Shown: positions 38,096-51,401 of the stretch, piece after piece
Numbering within the stretch: the stretch's first letter is position 1
Layout of the letters: each line of letters begins with the position of its first letter
Source of the DNA: Octopus bimaculoides
Taxonomy: Eukaryota
Length of the DNA stretch: 63,417 nt
NCBI RefSeq assembly: GCF_001194135.2
Contig: NC_068993.1
Span: 47,939,720 to 48,003,136, forward strand
Direction: 5' to 3'
Program-made: the position numbers and the translations under genes
The notes under the pieces: generated by a model
The model's input: only the letters and a program-made list of their open reading frames with translations
Databases searched by the model: none
Told to the model about the DNA's origin: nothing

Positions 38096-39911
38096 NNNNN
38101 NNNNNNNNNNNNNNNNNNNNNNNNNNNNNNNNNNNNNNNNNNNNNNNNNNNNNNNNNNNNNNNNNNNNNNNNNNNNNNNNNNNNNNNNNNNNNNNNNNNN
38201 NNNNNNNNNNNNNNNNNNNNNNNNNNNNNNNNNNNNNNNNNNNNNNNNNNNNNNNNNNNNNNNNNNNNNNNNNNNNNNNNNNNNNNNNNNNNNNNNNNNN
38301 NNNNNNNNNNNNNNNNNNNNNNNNNNNNNNNNNNNNNNNNNNNNNNNNNNNNNNNNNNNNNNNNNNNNNNNNNNTATATATATACATATGTATGTATATA
38401 TATATATATGTATTTATTTATGTATGTTCGTTTGTATGTATGTATGTTTATGCATGTAATATGTGTGTGTGTGTGTATGTGTGTGTTTGCGCGCGTCTGT
38501 GTTGGTATGTAAAATGTGATGTTCCGTGATATGAAAATCTGATTCAAAACATAGACACTTCTACTGAATCCTGCATCTCCACCTTCGTTCCAAACATGCA
38601 CTTGGACACACAGACATACACACACACAAACATGCAACTGCACACATACCTAAAACCATGTGGGTTCGTCACACACACACACACACACGCACAGACACAC
38701 ACACACACACGCACAGGGAGAGAAAACGTGAGAGATAATGAACAAGAGAGAGAAAGAGAGAGCTACACGCATATATTTATGCGTACATATATACATACAA
38801 AAAGCTACGCACGTACCCATGACAGCACCGCCAATATCAACATTGATTTGACCATTTCTAAGCTGTCTTTCATCAGGGTGTCAACACATCTTCATTCTCC
38901 TCTTGTTGTCTGATTCGCTCTCACTCTCCAACTTTCTTCCTGTAAGTATCTCCCTCTCTTTCACTACACACACACACACACATATATGTATATNNNNNNN
39001 NNNNNNNNNNNNNNNNNNNNNNNNNNNNNNNNNNNNNNNNNNNNNNNNNNNNNNNNNNNNNNNNNNNNNNNNNNNNNNNNNNNNNNNNNNNNNNNNNNNN
39101 NNNNNNNNNNNNNNNNNNNNNNNNNNNNNNNNNNNNNNNNNNNNNNNNNNNNNNNNNNNNNNNNNNNNNNNNNNNNNNNNNNNNNNNNNNNNNNNNNNNN
39201 NNNNNNNNNNNNNNNNNNNNNNNNNNNNNNNNNNNNNNNNNNNNNNNNNNNNNNNNNNNNNNNNNNNNNNNNNNNNNNNNNNNNNNNNNNNNNNNNNNNN
39301 NNNNNNNNNNNNNNNNNNNNNNNNNNNNNNNNNNNNNNNNNNNNNNNNNNNNNNNNNNNNNNNNNNNNNNNNNNNNNNNNNNNNNNNNNNNNNNNNNNNN
39401 NNNNNNNNNNNNNNNNNNNNNNNNNNNNNNNNNNNNNNNNNNNNNNNNNNNNNNNNNNNNNNNNNNNNNNNNNNNNNNNNNNNNNNNNNNNNNNNNNNNN
39501 NNNNNNNNNNNNNNNNNNNNNNNNNNNNNNNNNNNNNNNNNNNNNNNNNNNNNNNNNNNNNNNNNNNNNNNNNNNNNNNNNNNNNNNNNNNNNNNNNNNN
39601 NNNNNNNNNNNNNNNNNNNNNNNNNNNNNNNNNNNNNNNNNNNNNNNNNNNNNNNNNNNNNNNNNNNNNNNNNNNNNNNNNNNNNNNNNNNNNNNNNNNN
39701 NNNNNNNNNNNNNNNNNNNNNNNNNNNNNNNNNNNNNNNNNNNNNNNNNNNNNNNNNNNNNNNNNNNNNNNNNNNNNNNNNNNNNNNNNNNNNNNNNNNN
39801 NNNNNNNNNNNNNNNNNNNNNNNNNNNNNNNNNNNNNNNNNNNNNNNNNNNNNNNNNNNNNNNNNNNNNNNNNNNNNNNNNNNNNNNNNNNNNNNNNNNT
39901 ATATGTATATA

Positions 39912-39919
39912 TAATAATG

Positions 39920-39983
<64 letters not shown>

Positions 39984-40025
39984 TGATGATGATGATGATG
40001 ATGATAATGATAATAATAATAATAA
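39912..40025 (+). repeat. (AAT)n/(GAT)n microsatellite
   Basis: Direct observation. Confidence 0.95.
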
Positions 40026-40499
40026 AATTTCCATAATGTATCTTTTAAAGTTGATAACGTGCTGATGTGTTGCTTGCAACCAACGGTGTATACAGGCAAG
40101 ATCTTTGATGTTTCTCATAAAGCATGATTTGTTTGTCTTTTTCTCCCGAATTAACTTTGCTGAGTGATCCTTACTTTTCTTCTCTTTTTTTCCTGAAGTT
40201 TGCTAATTGGAAAGGTAATTCTGTACACAAACACAGACGCACGCACACACATTCACACACACACGCACACATAAACGCAAACAAACAAACAAGCAACAAA
40301 CACATACTCACACAGACGCACAAACAAACACGCACATACACACATGATGCAAAACACAGCGTGTATCAGATTAACCAAAATAACAGGAGGTATTATGTAA
40401 ATTTATTGTTGATGAATGAAAAACGAAAATGAATGTAAACAGTTTTCTTGTATTATCTTGACTTACAGGAAAAAAAGATGAGCAGAATCTCTTGTTCAT

Positions 40500-40638
40500 C
40501 GGATCATGTAAATGGATGCATCTCTTCTGAGGAGCGATCGGCGATCTCTGAAACGGTTCGGCAAGAAATAACTCTAAACTGAATTGTTTAGTTCAGATTC
40601 ATAGGATGAATATGCTTACAACCTTCTTTTTCTTTATT
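40500..40638 (+). mobile_element. Candidate PLE terminal repeat with hammerhead core, upstream of the PLE RT
   Basis: CTT CTGAGGA GCGATC GGC GATCTC T GAAAC GGTTC at 40524-40559; separated from the RT fragment only by an N-gap and a few TA units. Confidence 0.5.
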
Positions 40639-41419
40639 TGCTTCCTGAGTCTAAAAATNNNNNNNNNNNNNNNNNNNNNNNNNNNNNNNNNNNNNNNNNN
40701 NNNNNNNNNNNNNNNNNNNNNNNNNNNNNNNNNNNNNNNNNNNNNNNNNNNNNNNNNNNNNNNNNNNNNNNNNNNNNNNNNNNNNNNNNNNNNNNNNNNN
40801 NNNNNNNNNNNNNNNNNNNNNNNNNNNNNNNNNNNNNNNNNNNNNNNNNNNNNNNNNNNNNNNNNNNNNNNNNNNNNNNNNNNNNNNNNNNNNNNNNNNN
40901 NNNNNNNNNNNNNNNNNNNNNNNNNNNNNNNNNNNNNNNNNNNNNNNNNNNNNNNNNNNNNNNNNNNNNNNNNNNNNNNNNNNNNNNNNNNNNNNNNNNN
41001 NNNNNNNNNNNNNNNNNNNNNNNNNNNNNNNNNNNNNNNNNNNNNNNNNNNNNNNNNNNNNNNNNNNNNNNNNNNNNNNNNNNNNNNNNNNNNNNNNNNN
41101 NNNNNNNNNNNNNNNNNNNNNNNNNNNNNNNNNNNNNNNNNNNNNNNNNNNNNNNNNNNNNNNNNNNNNNNNNNNNNNNNNNNNNNNNNNNNNNNNNNNN
41201 NNNNNNNNNNNNNNNNNNNNNNNNNNNNNNNNNNNNNNNNNNNNNNNNNNNNNNNNNNNNNNNNNNNNNNNNNNNNNNNNNNNNNNNNNNNNNNNNNNNN
41301 NNNNNNNNNNNNNNNNNNNNNNNNNNNNNNNNNNNNNNNNNNNNNNNNNNNNNNNNNNNNNNNNNNNNNNNNNNNNNNNNNNNNNNNNNNNNNNNNNNNN
41401 NNNNNNNNNNATATATATA

Positions 41420-41975
41420 TTGTGAAATTCCTACAGATATAGACCACCACACTATTAAGAAAATCAGCAACCTTGTTTCAAAATACCACAACTCACCAAT
41501 AATGAAAAAGATTACATCACCAATTTCGAGCCAAACCCACCAACTTCTACAGCTTACCAAGAATACATAAATCAAAAGATATTCAGCATGCAGTAAAAGA
41601 ATAATAAAGGGAGTACATAAGATTTGCAGCATCCAAAAGACTTAAAACTCAGACCTATTATAGCTGGTCCAGTATGTCCTACCCACCGTCTAAGCAATTT
41701 TATAGACGTTGTTTTGAAACCACTATGTACATACATACCCAGTTTCATCCGAGATTATATCAACTTCCTCTCCCATCTTCCCAAAACAACTGAAACAAAT
41801 TCACTTCTACTTAGTTCTGATGTAGTAAGCCTCTACACCAAAATTCGTCATGATTTATGAATAAGAGCGATTAGATATTGGGTAGAAAAACATAGAGAAG
41901 TGATCTCCAACAGATTCATAGAGCCATTTATATTAGACACAGGCAGACTTACTCTGGAAAACAACACTTAAACTT
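41420..41975 (+). mobile_element. Penelope-like element reverse transcriptase fragment, degraded
   Basis: TNFEP...YSLPRIHKSKDIQHAVKE...LKLRPIIAGPVCPTHRLSNFIDVVLKPLCTYIPSFIRDYINFLSHLPK...LLLSSDVVSLYTKIRHDL*IRAIRYWVEKH matches PLE RT motifs FYGLPKIHK, LRPI.A, S.DV.SLYT.I. Confidence 0.9.
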
Positions 41976-42294
41976 CAGTAATTCAGTAAAATCACACATT
42001 GATTGGTCTGAATACAGTTTGCAAAAATTAACATTCTGAAGCCTATAGAAAGGTATTTAAGGCATACAGTTTAACCGTCTCGCCACAGATGGTAAATTGT
42101 AAAACATAATTGTCAACACTATTATATGAACCTGAAGATTACATAGTTTAATGCATTCTATCAGAATGGACATTTAATATTCAATCATTCCCGTATGCTG
42201 TATTATATTATTATAAGATTGTAAATAAAACGTGAAAATCAGACAAGTTGGAATTTTTTTTATTAATATATTCTTCTATACACAATCATACACC

Positions 42295-42355
<61 letters not shown>

Positions 42356-43562
42356 ATGAGGATGATGATGAGCTAAACATGCGCTAAATGAACTAAAAAT
42401 TCCATTTTGTTCTTGAAAGATAGGCTGTATGGACAGATTGCTACTTAACACGTCTTAAGTATCAACTACAATTAATTACTTTAGATACAAATACAAGTAT
42501 CGGAATGCTTATCTCTTTGAACATTTTATAATCCTTTATCACAACCTTAATGCGACTCAACTGCATGAATACTAAAATTGTTACAAAGAATTATTCAATC
42601 AGGAATATATAATTTTCATTATAAAACATATTTGTTTAAAACTGAAATTGGAAAACCTCTTTTGTTACCCAGACAAATTTCCTATAGGTCTGCCTACCTA
42701 GTTTCACTCACGAACTATAAATCGAACGTATGTTACGGAAAATTCCATTCCTCGAAATAACAGGCAGTGGGCTCGAACACGAGCCCTTGTGATTAAGATG
42801 CGGAATTAACTATTCGACCATACTGCGCTTTCGATATGATAGGTTTCGTAGTTTATATTTAAATCCAAATCGATTCTGGCTCTGCTATATATAAACAATG
42901 TTCGTTTCTTTTATGATGAAAAATAGAAACTGCGGACTGTATAATGTCTGTTCTTTTTTTTGTTTTTGTCTTCTTTTTAACATCCGTTTATGTATTATAG
43001 CGTTTCACTTAACGTAATCATTTATGATGGATACATTACTTGGCTTTGATCTACATGACCACACACACGAACTCACACACATATATCTGCACACATACAT
43101 ACACACGCACACAGATACATATATACGCGCGTCTGTGTGTGTATGTGTGTGTGTGTTTGACTGTGTATGTGCTTATAGTCTTTGTTTCAAACGTAACTGT
43201 GAATATGAATACATTATGTATATTTTCATTTTCATTAATATTATATATTAATCGATCTCCTACACTTGACTCGTAGATATAATAGAACTTAAAATATTTT
43301 TTTTATTTTAGTATCGCTAAATATAAGTAATAACCTCTCGTTTGGTTCAATATATATTACTGGATGATGCTTTTGTAAGTCATATATTTGTAACCATCGC
43401 ATATCATGTTGTAGAGATGTCGCATAACTTGACCTTCCAGTTATTAGTCGCTGGAGAAACTGTTTCAGTTCCTATAAAATGAATTTAGTAAAATGAGAAA
43501 AAATGCCACATATTCTCCAGCATACCTTGAGTTCTCCTCTCTCAGTCGTTCCACATTAACCA

Positions 43563-43611
<49 letters not shown>

Positions 43612-43964
43612 CCTGTATGGTCTGGCTAAGTCAAAATGGCTTTTTGTATTCTTCCTTTTTACTTGGAGAGTTTCAATGTAGTTATAAAAATATGTCCTTC
43701 TGTTGAAATGTAATATCAGTATATTTGTGCAGCTGAGGATTGCTTTGCATTTTACATTTGATGTAATGTTCACATTGCTTAAATAAATGGAGTCGCATGA
43801 AACGATCGTACTGCATTAACTTTGGATATTCTTGTTGCTTATTTTGATTATATGTGTGTGTGCGTGTGTGTGTGTGTGTGGGTGTGCGTGCGCGCGCACA
43901 AGCACACATACACATGCAATATTTGTGTGTGCTTATATATATGTGCATCTGTATATACGAAGGT

Positions 43965-44180
43965 GTTCAGCTGGCAGAATCGTTAGCATGTCGGAATAAA
44001 AGGATTAGAAGCATTTCGTCCGTCTTTATGTCATGGGTTCAAATTCATCCGACGTTGACTTTGGCTTTCATCCTCCAGGTGGGAGGAGTGGTGATAAAAT
44101 AAGTACCGGTTGAGCACTGGGGTCGATGTAATTGACGTACCTCCTCCCCTCAGGATTGCTGGCCTTGTGCCAGACTTTGA
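43965..44180 (+). mobile_element. Family A SINE
   Basis: AGCTGGCAGAATCGTTAGCA...GGGTTCAAATTC...GATAAAATAAGTACC...GGCCTTGTGCCAGACTTTGAAAC. Confidence 0.85.
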
Positions 44181-45485
44181 AACATATATGTGTGTGTGTG
44201 TGCGTGTATTCAGTTATTTATATGTGTAAGAAATCTACATTATTGCGTTCTGTATATGTGACACAAGATTCTACACTAGACTTGTATACACCATGTGTAT
44301 GTGCATATAAACTTCGCTAACGTCTCATAGTTTTTCCATTCCGTATTGTTAACAAAGGCGTAATATTGTACAATTATGTTCTATCGGCTTGTAAAGGTGT
44401 TTGGCTTAATGTTTATGTTCGGCTCACGATGTTAGTGTCGTGGGTTCCTGAGTTGAACGGTAAGGTGTGTCCCTGAGAAACGCACTGTCCAGAGGTGAAA
44501 TCGCACCGTGGCAAATTTTGCATTTCCCCATTTTGGGATCGATAATTAAGAAATAATCCAAGGCAATAAATCTCTGAAATTGTTAAGGGGTCAAGCTAGA
44601 TGCCTTGTAATAAACTGTTCTGGTATTTTCTACTTTGACAATAATCTCTGCGACAGTACTGATGCCAAGATATATCGGCCCAAGTCGCTTCGTTAGAACA
44701 TCGGCAACGCAACTGCTAACCTTCCTCAATCTTCTCCAGTCCTTCACTGTCCAGTTGTATGATTACCATCGTCAGAGGGAGCCTTAATATAATTGGTATG
44801 ATATGAATAATTTTCCCTATATATATTTTTTTTATTATAGATTTACTGAGAAATGTATAAATATGTCATACTTTTCACAATATATATATGCGTATCCATA
44901 AAAGTTACCTTGGCTCCAATTTCATTTCAGTTTCAAGCAAAATCGACTTCTTCATGAAAGCCTTGTGTGCGCACTCCCTTTCCCCGCTTTTCTGGTTGTA
45001 ATACGTGAGTACGGAAACTAGAGCACGGTTAAAATTGATGGTGGTGTGAGAAATCAAGTAGATGTACAAGAGCGTATGGATTAAGACCAGAAATCGAGTT
45101 TTGCTACAGAGCATAGAGACCCAGAAACAGTATTTCCTTCTGATATTGAATGAATCATCAACACATAGGCTCAGTGTTCTCACGCTATATCGATGAAGCA
45201 ATGAGAAAACCTTCATGCTGAAAACTTTCACCTAAAAGCACCATGAACAAAGACCATCAGAGCGAAGGTTAGACTCCTTATGTGGTTGCTAGATATGCTA
45301 GAAATTGTAGAGAAATTTCCCTCAAATTATCATGCCTTACTCGTTTTATGGAATGACACATTAGCTAATGCCGAGGTACACGTTACCCAGAGAAAAAAAC
45401 GAGATGGTCAAAGTTGGAACACCTTTATTCAGAGTTCATAACAACAACAACAACAACAACAGCAGCAACAGCAAATACTACTACA

Positions 45486-45543
<58 letters not shown>

Positions 45544-45646
45544 AAGGACTTTACACTCAGAGGCTGAATTTTAGAATGATGAAAGAGCAGGCACGCCTGG
45601 AACATCATAGAACATACATGTTGGTCGATCAGGATTTAAGTGTGTG

Positions 45647-45710
<64 letters not shown>

Positions 45711-46102
45711 TGAGTAGATGCGGAAAGAAATGAAGGTTAATCAACAACAACGTCATCAGCACCAAGAACAACAATAGCATCCTACATCATATCAAATCGC
45801 CCCATTTCGTCTATCTTTATTTTATCTATAAATATTTTAATTACGTAGTAAGCATGACACATCTCAGTTATCTATCGTTATGACCTCACAGATATGACTG
45901 TGAATGTGCCAACCTCTTGCCAGAATGGTATTGGCTGTCTGTTATGTTTTATGGCATTTAGACGCAGACCAGAGATTATTTCAAAGGAAATATATTGTTG
46001 GCTCATGGTCAACTATATCTGAACACCATTCTGTGTCTCTTCCTGTACCCTTGACTAACTACTCCCTCGCCAGCGCCCTCTTCCAGTCTATCCAACTTCT
46101 TA

Positions 46103-46103
46103 C

Positions 46104-46167
<64 letters not shown>

Positions 46168-46223
46168 ATATCTATCTATCTATCTATCCATCTATCCATC
46201 TATATATCTATCAATCTATTTAC

Positions 46224-46285
<62 letters not shown>

Positions 46286-46333
46286 GTCTGTCTTTCTTTC
46301 TGTCTGTCTGTATATTCATCTCTATCTATTTAT

Positions 46334-46366
<33 letters not shown>
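46103..46366 (+). repeat. (TATC)n microsatellite
   Basis: Direct observation. Confidence 0.95.
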
Positions 46367-46935
46367 NNNNNNNNNNNNNNNNNNNNNNNNNNNNNNNNNN
46401 NNNNNNNNNNNNNNNNNNNNNNNNNNNNNNNNNNNNNNNNNNNNNNNNNNNNNNNNNNNNNNNNNNNNNNNNNNNNNNNNNNNNNNNNNNNNNNNNNNNN
46501 NNNNNNNNNNNNNTATGTATTATATATATATGTATATGTATATGTATGTATGTATGTATGTATATACACCCTCTTGTGATGTTCGTTTTATAGATTCTTT
46601 CCAATAGTCACCTGATTGTTAACAGCTGTAAGTGGTATAGAGGCGGTTGTTCAAGACATTGCTTACTAAAGTTTCTGCTTATTTTCTATTCTGTCACCGC
46701 CTGTAGTACCATATCTTTAGTTGGTTACCATTGGTTATATATCTTTTCTGTAAACACAAAGAATATTATGAAATCACCAACTGTTTCTGTAACAATCATA
46801 TTATTTTAAATCATTTTATTACTTAACTCTTTCTTGCTCTCTCACTGTCACTCACTTTTTCGCTTTCTCTTTCTGTCTTGCTCTCCTGAAGTCTGTATGA
46901 AAATTTTACAATTATCTCTTTATAAAAATTACACA

Positions 46936-47013
<78 letters not shown>

Positions 47014-47185
47014 TATATATATAAAGATATATAAAGATACACACACTCTCAGACAAATACACATATGTATAAAACATTTGTTTTTCTTAGTTATTTTCGC
47101 ATTAACATTCATCTATCTATCCAGCTATTTATCTATCTATTTATTTATCTATCTATCCATCCATCCATCCATTCATCCACCCACC

Positions 47186-47229
<44 letters not shown>

Positions 47230-47529
47230 GTTCATATATCTTTCAGTCTATCTCTCTATCTATCCGTCTGTCTGTTTATATCTATATTGATCTGACAGGC
47301 TGGCAACCTATCTCTTTGTGCTTAAGTATTACGTGTTTATGGATAGAGAGCTCTATGTCTGTCTGGTTGACTCTCACTCTGTCCATCTGTTTGTTTGACT
47401 ATTTTCGCTGTAGACTCCTAATCTATACTTCTCGGTCTAAATTTAATTCTCCATCTCCTGCTCTTTCTCAATCTTTCTTCTGTCTCTTCGAAATCATTAT
47501 ACCTGTAAACATCCGCTCAACCTCTTTTC

Positions 47530-47608
<79 letters not shown>

Positions 47609-47675
47609 NNNNNNNNNNNNNNNNNNNNNNNNNNNNNNNNNNNNNNNNNNNNNNNNNNNNNNNNNNNNGTGTTTG

Positions 47676-47729
<54 letters not shown>

Positions 47730-49217
47730 GGATAATTTTTTTTTCCAAAAACATTTCATGAATTTGCCAGCATAATATTAGAATACATTTTAAGGTGAAA
47801 ATTATAAACAATTATAAATAAGGGTAAAAGAAAACATTTCTATGCCAATATGCTGAGAAATAAAATTTAAAGTGTCGATCACCACATACAATATACATCA
47901 CTATAAGTACACGCCGTGTTGAAAACGAAGGAAGCAAGCTAACGGAATTTCTTTAAAAATTCATTATCTCTGAATCGAACGATTTCCACTAATCAGCAGA
48001 GGATATTATAAGAAATAAATGTTGTTTGTTTCTACAATGGCTAGGTTTGATTTGAAAGCCATTCGGTTGTTATTTCTAGCAGATCAAACGAGCAATAAGT
48101 ATTTTTTCTTTCCTTTCCCTATGAGGCAAGTTCAAGCAACTGCTTTTGTATATTGTGCAAGTGGCCGGGTTAAATATTTATAGTCTTTAATCATTTTAAT
48201 CCTGACATTAGACAGTGGTGATGATAGAAGCAATGAAATTTCGGAGAATATACACCGTAGAATTTAGACAAGAGCATTTACATTCAAACCCTGTCATGGT
48301 CAGCTAAAACCTTTATCTTTCTCTGATCGGTAAATAAAGTATCAGTTAAACGCTGGTGCAGATTTCATCGACGATTACCACCCTGCCTTGATGTATGTGG
48401 CCTTGTGCCAGTATTAGAAACTATTATATTATGGTTCCTATCTTCTAAGAACCCACGTTTGCTTTCGATATCTTCCAATTTGTTTCATCATAGAAACCTT
48501 CTAATTCCCCGTGTGTAAGAGTTTTATTACGTGCAACCGTATTCATGACATGATAGGTTTTATCAAACACACAAACGAACGCAATGCGAATAAAAGGAAA
48601 TGAAAAATAATCATAATAATAATTGGAGGCGAAAAGAGAGTAAATAAGAAAAAGAAAGTTAAAGAGAAAAACAAAGACAACGAAATGGTTGATATTTGCA
48701 TGAAGATATGTTGGAATAATGAGGGGCACACTAATTTGAAAATTCTGCACATCAAGAAATTGCAACATTCCTGACAAATTAATGTCAAAATTTCGTCTGG
48801 ATCATTGGAATCTTTTGGAAATTGTTTGAGAAACGTTGAGTAGATTACGTGGAAACAAAAGGAAAACGAGCAAGAATTTCTATAAAACCAAAAGAAAGTT
48901 TTAACAGAAAACATTTTAAGACAGGCAAATGAATGAAAAAGATAAACAGAAAAATAATAATGATGGCAACAAGAACAGAAATAGCACCGGAGACGAGGAT
49001 AGAGACAGCTAAAGACGGGGAAGAAGGAGAACAACAACAACAACAACAACGGTAATGACAACAACAACAACAGTAGTGATAGCAGTAAAGAGAGGAATAA
49101 GGACATCTTAATAAGCAAAATAACAACTAAATTAGAGGGACATGGTTCGCAATTTTGCGTGCCGAATGATATATGTCAATCGAGTTTCAGGGATAATAAT
49201 ACGAAAAGACCACCACT

Positions 49218-49249
<32 letters not shown>

Positions 49250-51016
49250 CTACAACATCAATGACAACGATGACAGTAACAACAAAAACAAAAGGACAGA
49301 GACAGGAAAATAATCCTTTCAAAACTTGCGATGAATTCATTTTTGATTACAAATTGGGGATTATTGGATACGGTTGTTGCGATAGAAGAGTGTAAGGGAG
49401 AGGGGGGATCGTATTAGTATGAGTACGGGTAGTTTTGTGAGTGTGTGTTTGTCTCTGTGTGTGTGTGTGTGTGTGTGTATTTGTTTGTATGTATGAATGT
49501 ACGTACTTATATATGTTCATACATATATATATTTGTATATATACATATATGCCCACTCACACACATACACGCACACACATCTGTGCATGCATAAGTATTT
49601 GCATACATAAGTATGCAATATATATATACACACACTCATGCGTATATGTATTTATGTATGTATGTATGTATGTATTATGTATGTATGGCTTTATTTCGTG
49701 TATTAGATGTGAGGTGATATTAACGATATTAATTTTTAGACTTAGACCACCCATCCTCACTCTCATCTCGTCAGTATTTACACAATGTAGGTCTGTAAAG
49801 CTTTTCAGTTTTACACCACAGCAGCTGGAGTTCAACTCCTGTTATCCTACCCTGTGTAACTTATCTATGTATTGTTTCATGTTTATCTCTCGCGTCGGTA
49901 TAGCAAGAGGAGGATCGTTAATTTATCGTTAACTCTTTTTATCTCATCTCAAAACGTCCGTCGGGCACAGCTGCAGCAAACGTTATCGACGTTGTCGTTG
50001 ATTCTGTGCCCGCATGAAAAAGATTTATGATGAAAGGAGCCCCAAACAGTTATCATTTTTATTTTCCATGTTTATCTGAAACTATACAATGAAGTGTGCA
50101 CTGATATTTTTAACAAGGTATGATTTGATTACTGTGACATAATACTGCATATTCTAGAAAATCGATCAAAATTTTAGAAAACTTCCGGTTAGTTCGTCCA
50201 AGTTTATATTTCTAGTTAACTGTACAAATAAATGCGCTGTTGAAATACAAAACCACCCAAGCTTTTGAAAATCAGAAATGCAAGAGTATGTATAGTTATA
50301 AGTTTCTATTATATGCACATTTATTAATCTCTTACTGTGACACATACTTTTAACTTTTTGCAGGTTGAGTATCTACTGGTTAATTATCTTACTCGGTGGT
50401 ACCTGCTGTTGACAAAGTCTGTGTTGTGTATATATTTATTCATAACCTTATTCTGTGTTACCGGTTGTTAGCATTTCTGAACTGTGTTTCTTATGAGGAA
50501 CTGATATTGTGATATTCCGTGTTAACAGAGACTGCCCTGTATTTAAACGTTGTTGAAAATGTTTCTACGAAATAAAATTTGTGATGATCAAACTCTATAA
50601 AATGAAAGAACTGCGATTATTATTCTTTTAATAGGTTTAACTATGAAATGAAACCGAAGACATAACGTAAATATATAATATCCTTTACTAAATTATTCCG
50701 AGGAGCCCATTGTTCCAAAAGAATTATGGGGGATTTCTGTAAGATATGTGCTTTTTATTAAAATTAAAAATATGAATTAGAACAAAAGTTATTCACCAAT
50801 TTAAAGATAAATAATTATCATATGTTGGCTTTGTATAACTATATCCTCTTCCTCAATGAAGTTTTGATTCATTTAACTTTTAGAATTAGTGTGATGGGTG
50901 TTGTTAAAATATACGTATGCTTTCCGTAAATTATGGTGATCGCATCATGGCAGCGCTGTAGTATGTTACTATTAAATCAACTACAAATATCGGTTCATAC
51001 TGTTCTGTGTAACACT

Positions 51017-51401
51017 GTGTTGTTGGCACTCCGTCGCTTACGATGTTGAGGGTTCCAGTTGATCCGATCAACGAAACAGCCCGCTCGTGAAATTAGCGTG
51101 CAAGTGGCTGAGCTCTCCACAGACACGTGTACCCTTAACGTAGTTCTCGGGGATATTCAGCGTGGCACAGTGTGACAAGGCTGGCCCTTTGAAATACAGG
51201 TACAACAGAAACAGGAAGAAAGAGTGAGAGAAAGTTGTGGTGAAAGAACACATCAGGGTTCGCCACCATCCCCTGCCGGAGCCTCGTGGAGCTTTAGGTG
51301 TTTTCGCTCAATAAACACTCACAAAGCCCGGTCTGGGAATCGAAACCGTGATCCTATGACCGCGAGTCCGCTGCTCTAACCACTGGGCCATTGCGTCTCC
51401 A
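51017..51401 (-). mobile_element. Full-length tRNA-derived SINE, family B, with 12-bp target-site duplication
   Basis: 5' TGGAGACGCAATGGCCCAGTGGTTAGAGCAGCGGACTCGCGGTCATAGGATCACGGTTTCGATTCCCAG (A and B boxes); 3' ...GGAGTGCCAACAACAC; CTGTGTAACACT is duplicated at 51005-51016 and 51402-51413. Confidence 0.92.

Noticed and set aside
44500-44770. Minus-strand WTVKDWRR resembling Tc1 W...DW before SDE
   Set aside because: Similarity is a single short patch; the SDE motif and downstream residues are absent.
48445-48860. Minus-strand ORFs (…HVMNTVARNKTLTHGELEGFYDETNWKISKANVGS)
   Set aside because: No recognisable domain and no coherent acceptor/donor pair.
51330-51401. tRNA gene calls at SINE heads (also 59761-59835, 14230-14304, 42765-42830, 61245-61305)
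   Set aside because: A/B boxes are present but acceptor stems do not close, and the well-preserved heads run into SINE bodies; treated as SINE-derived or decayed.
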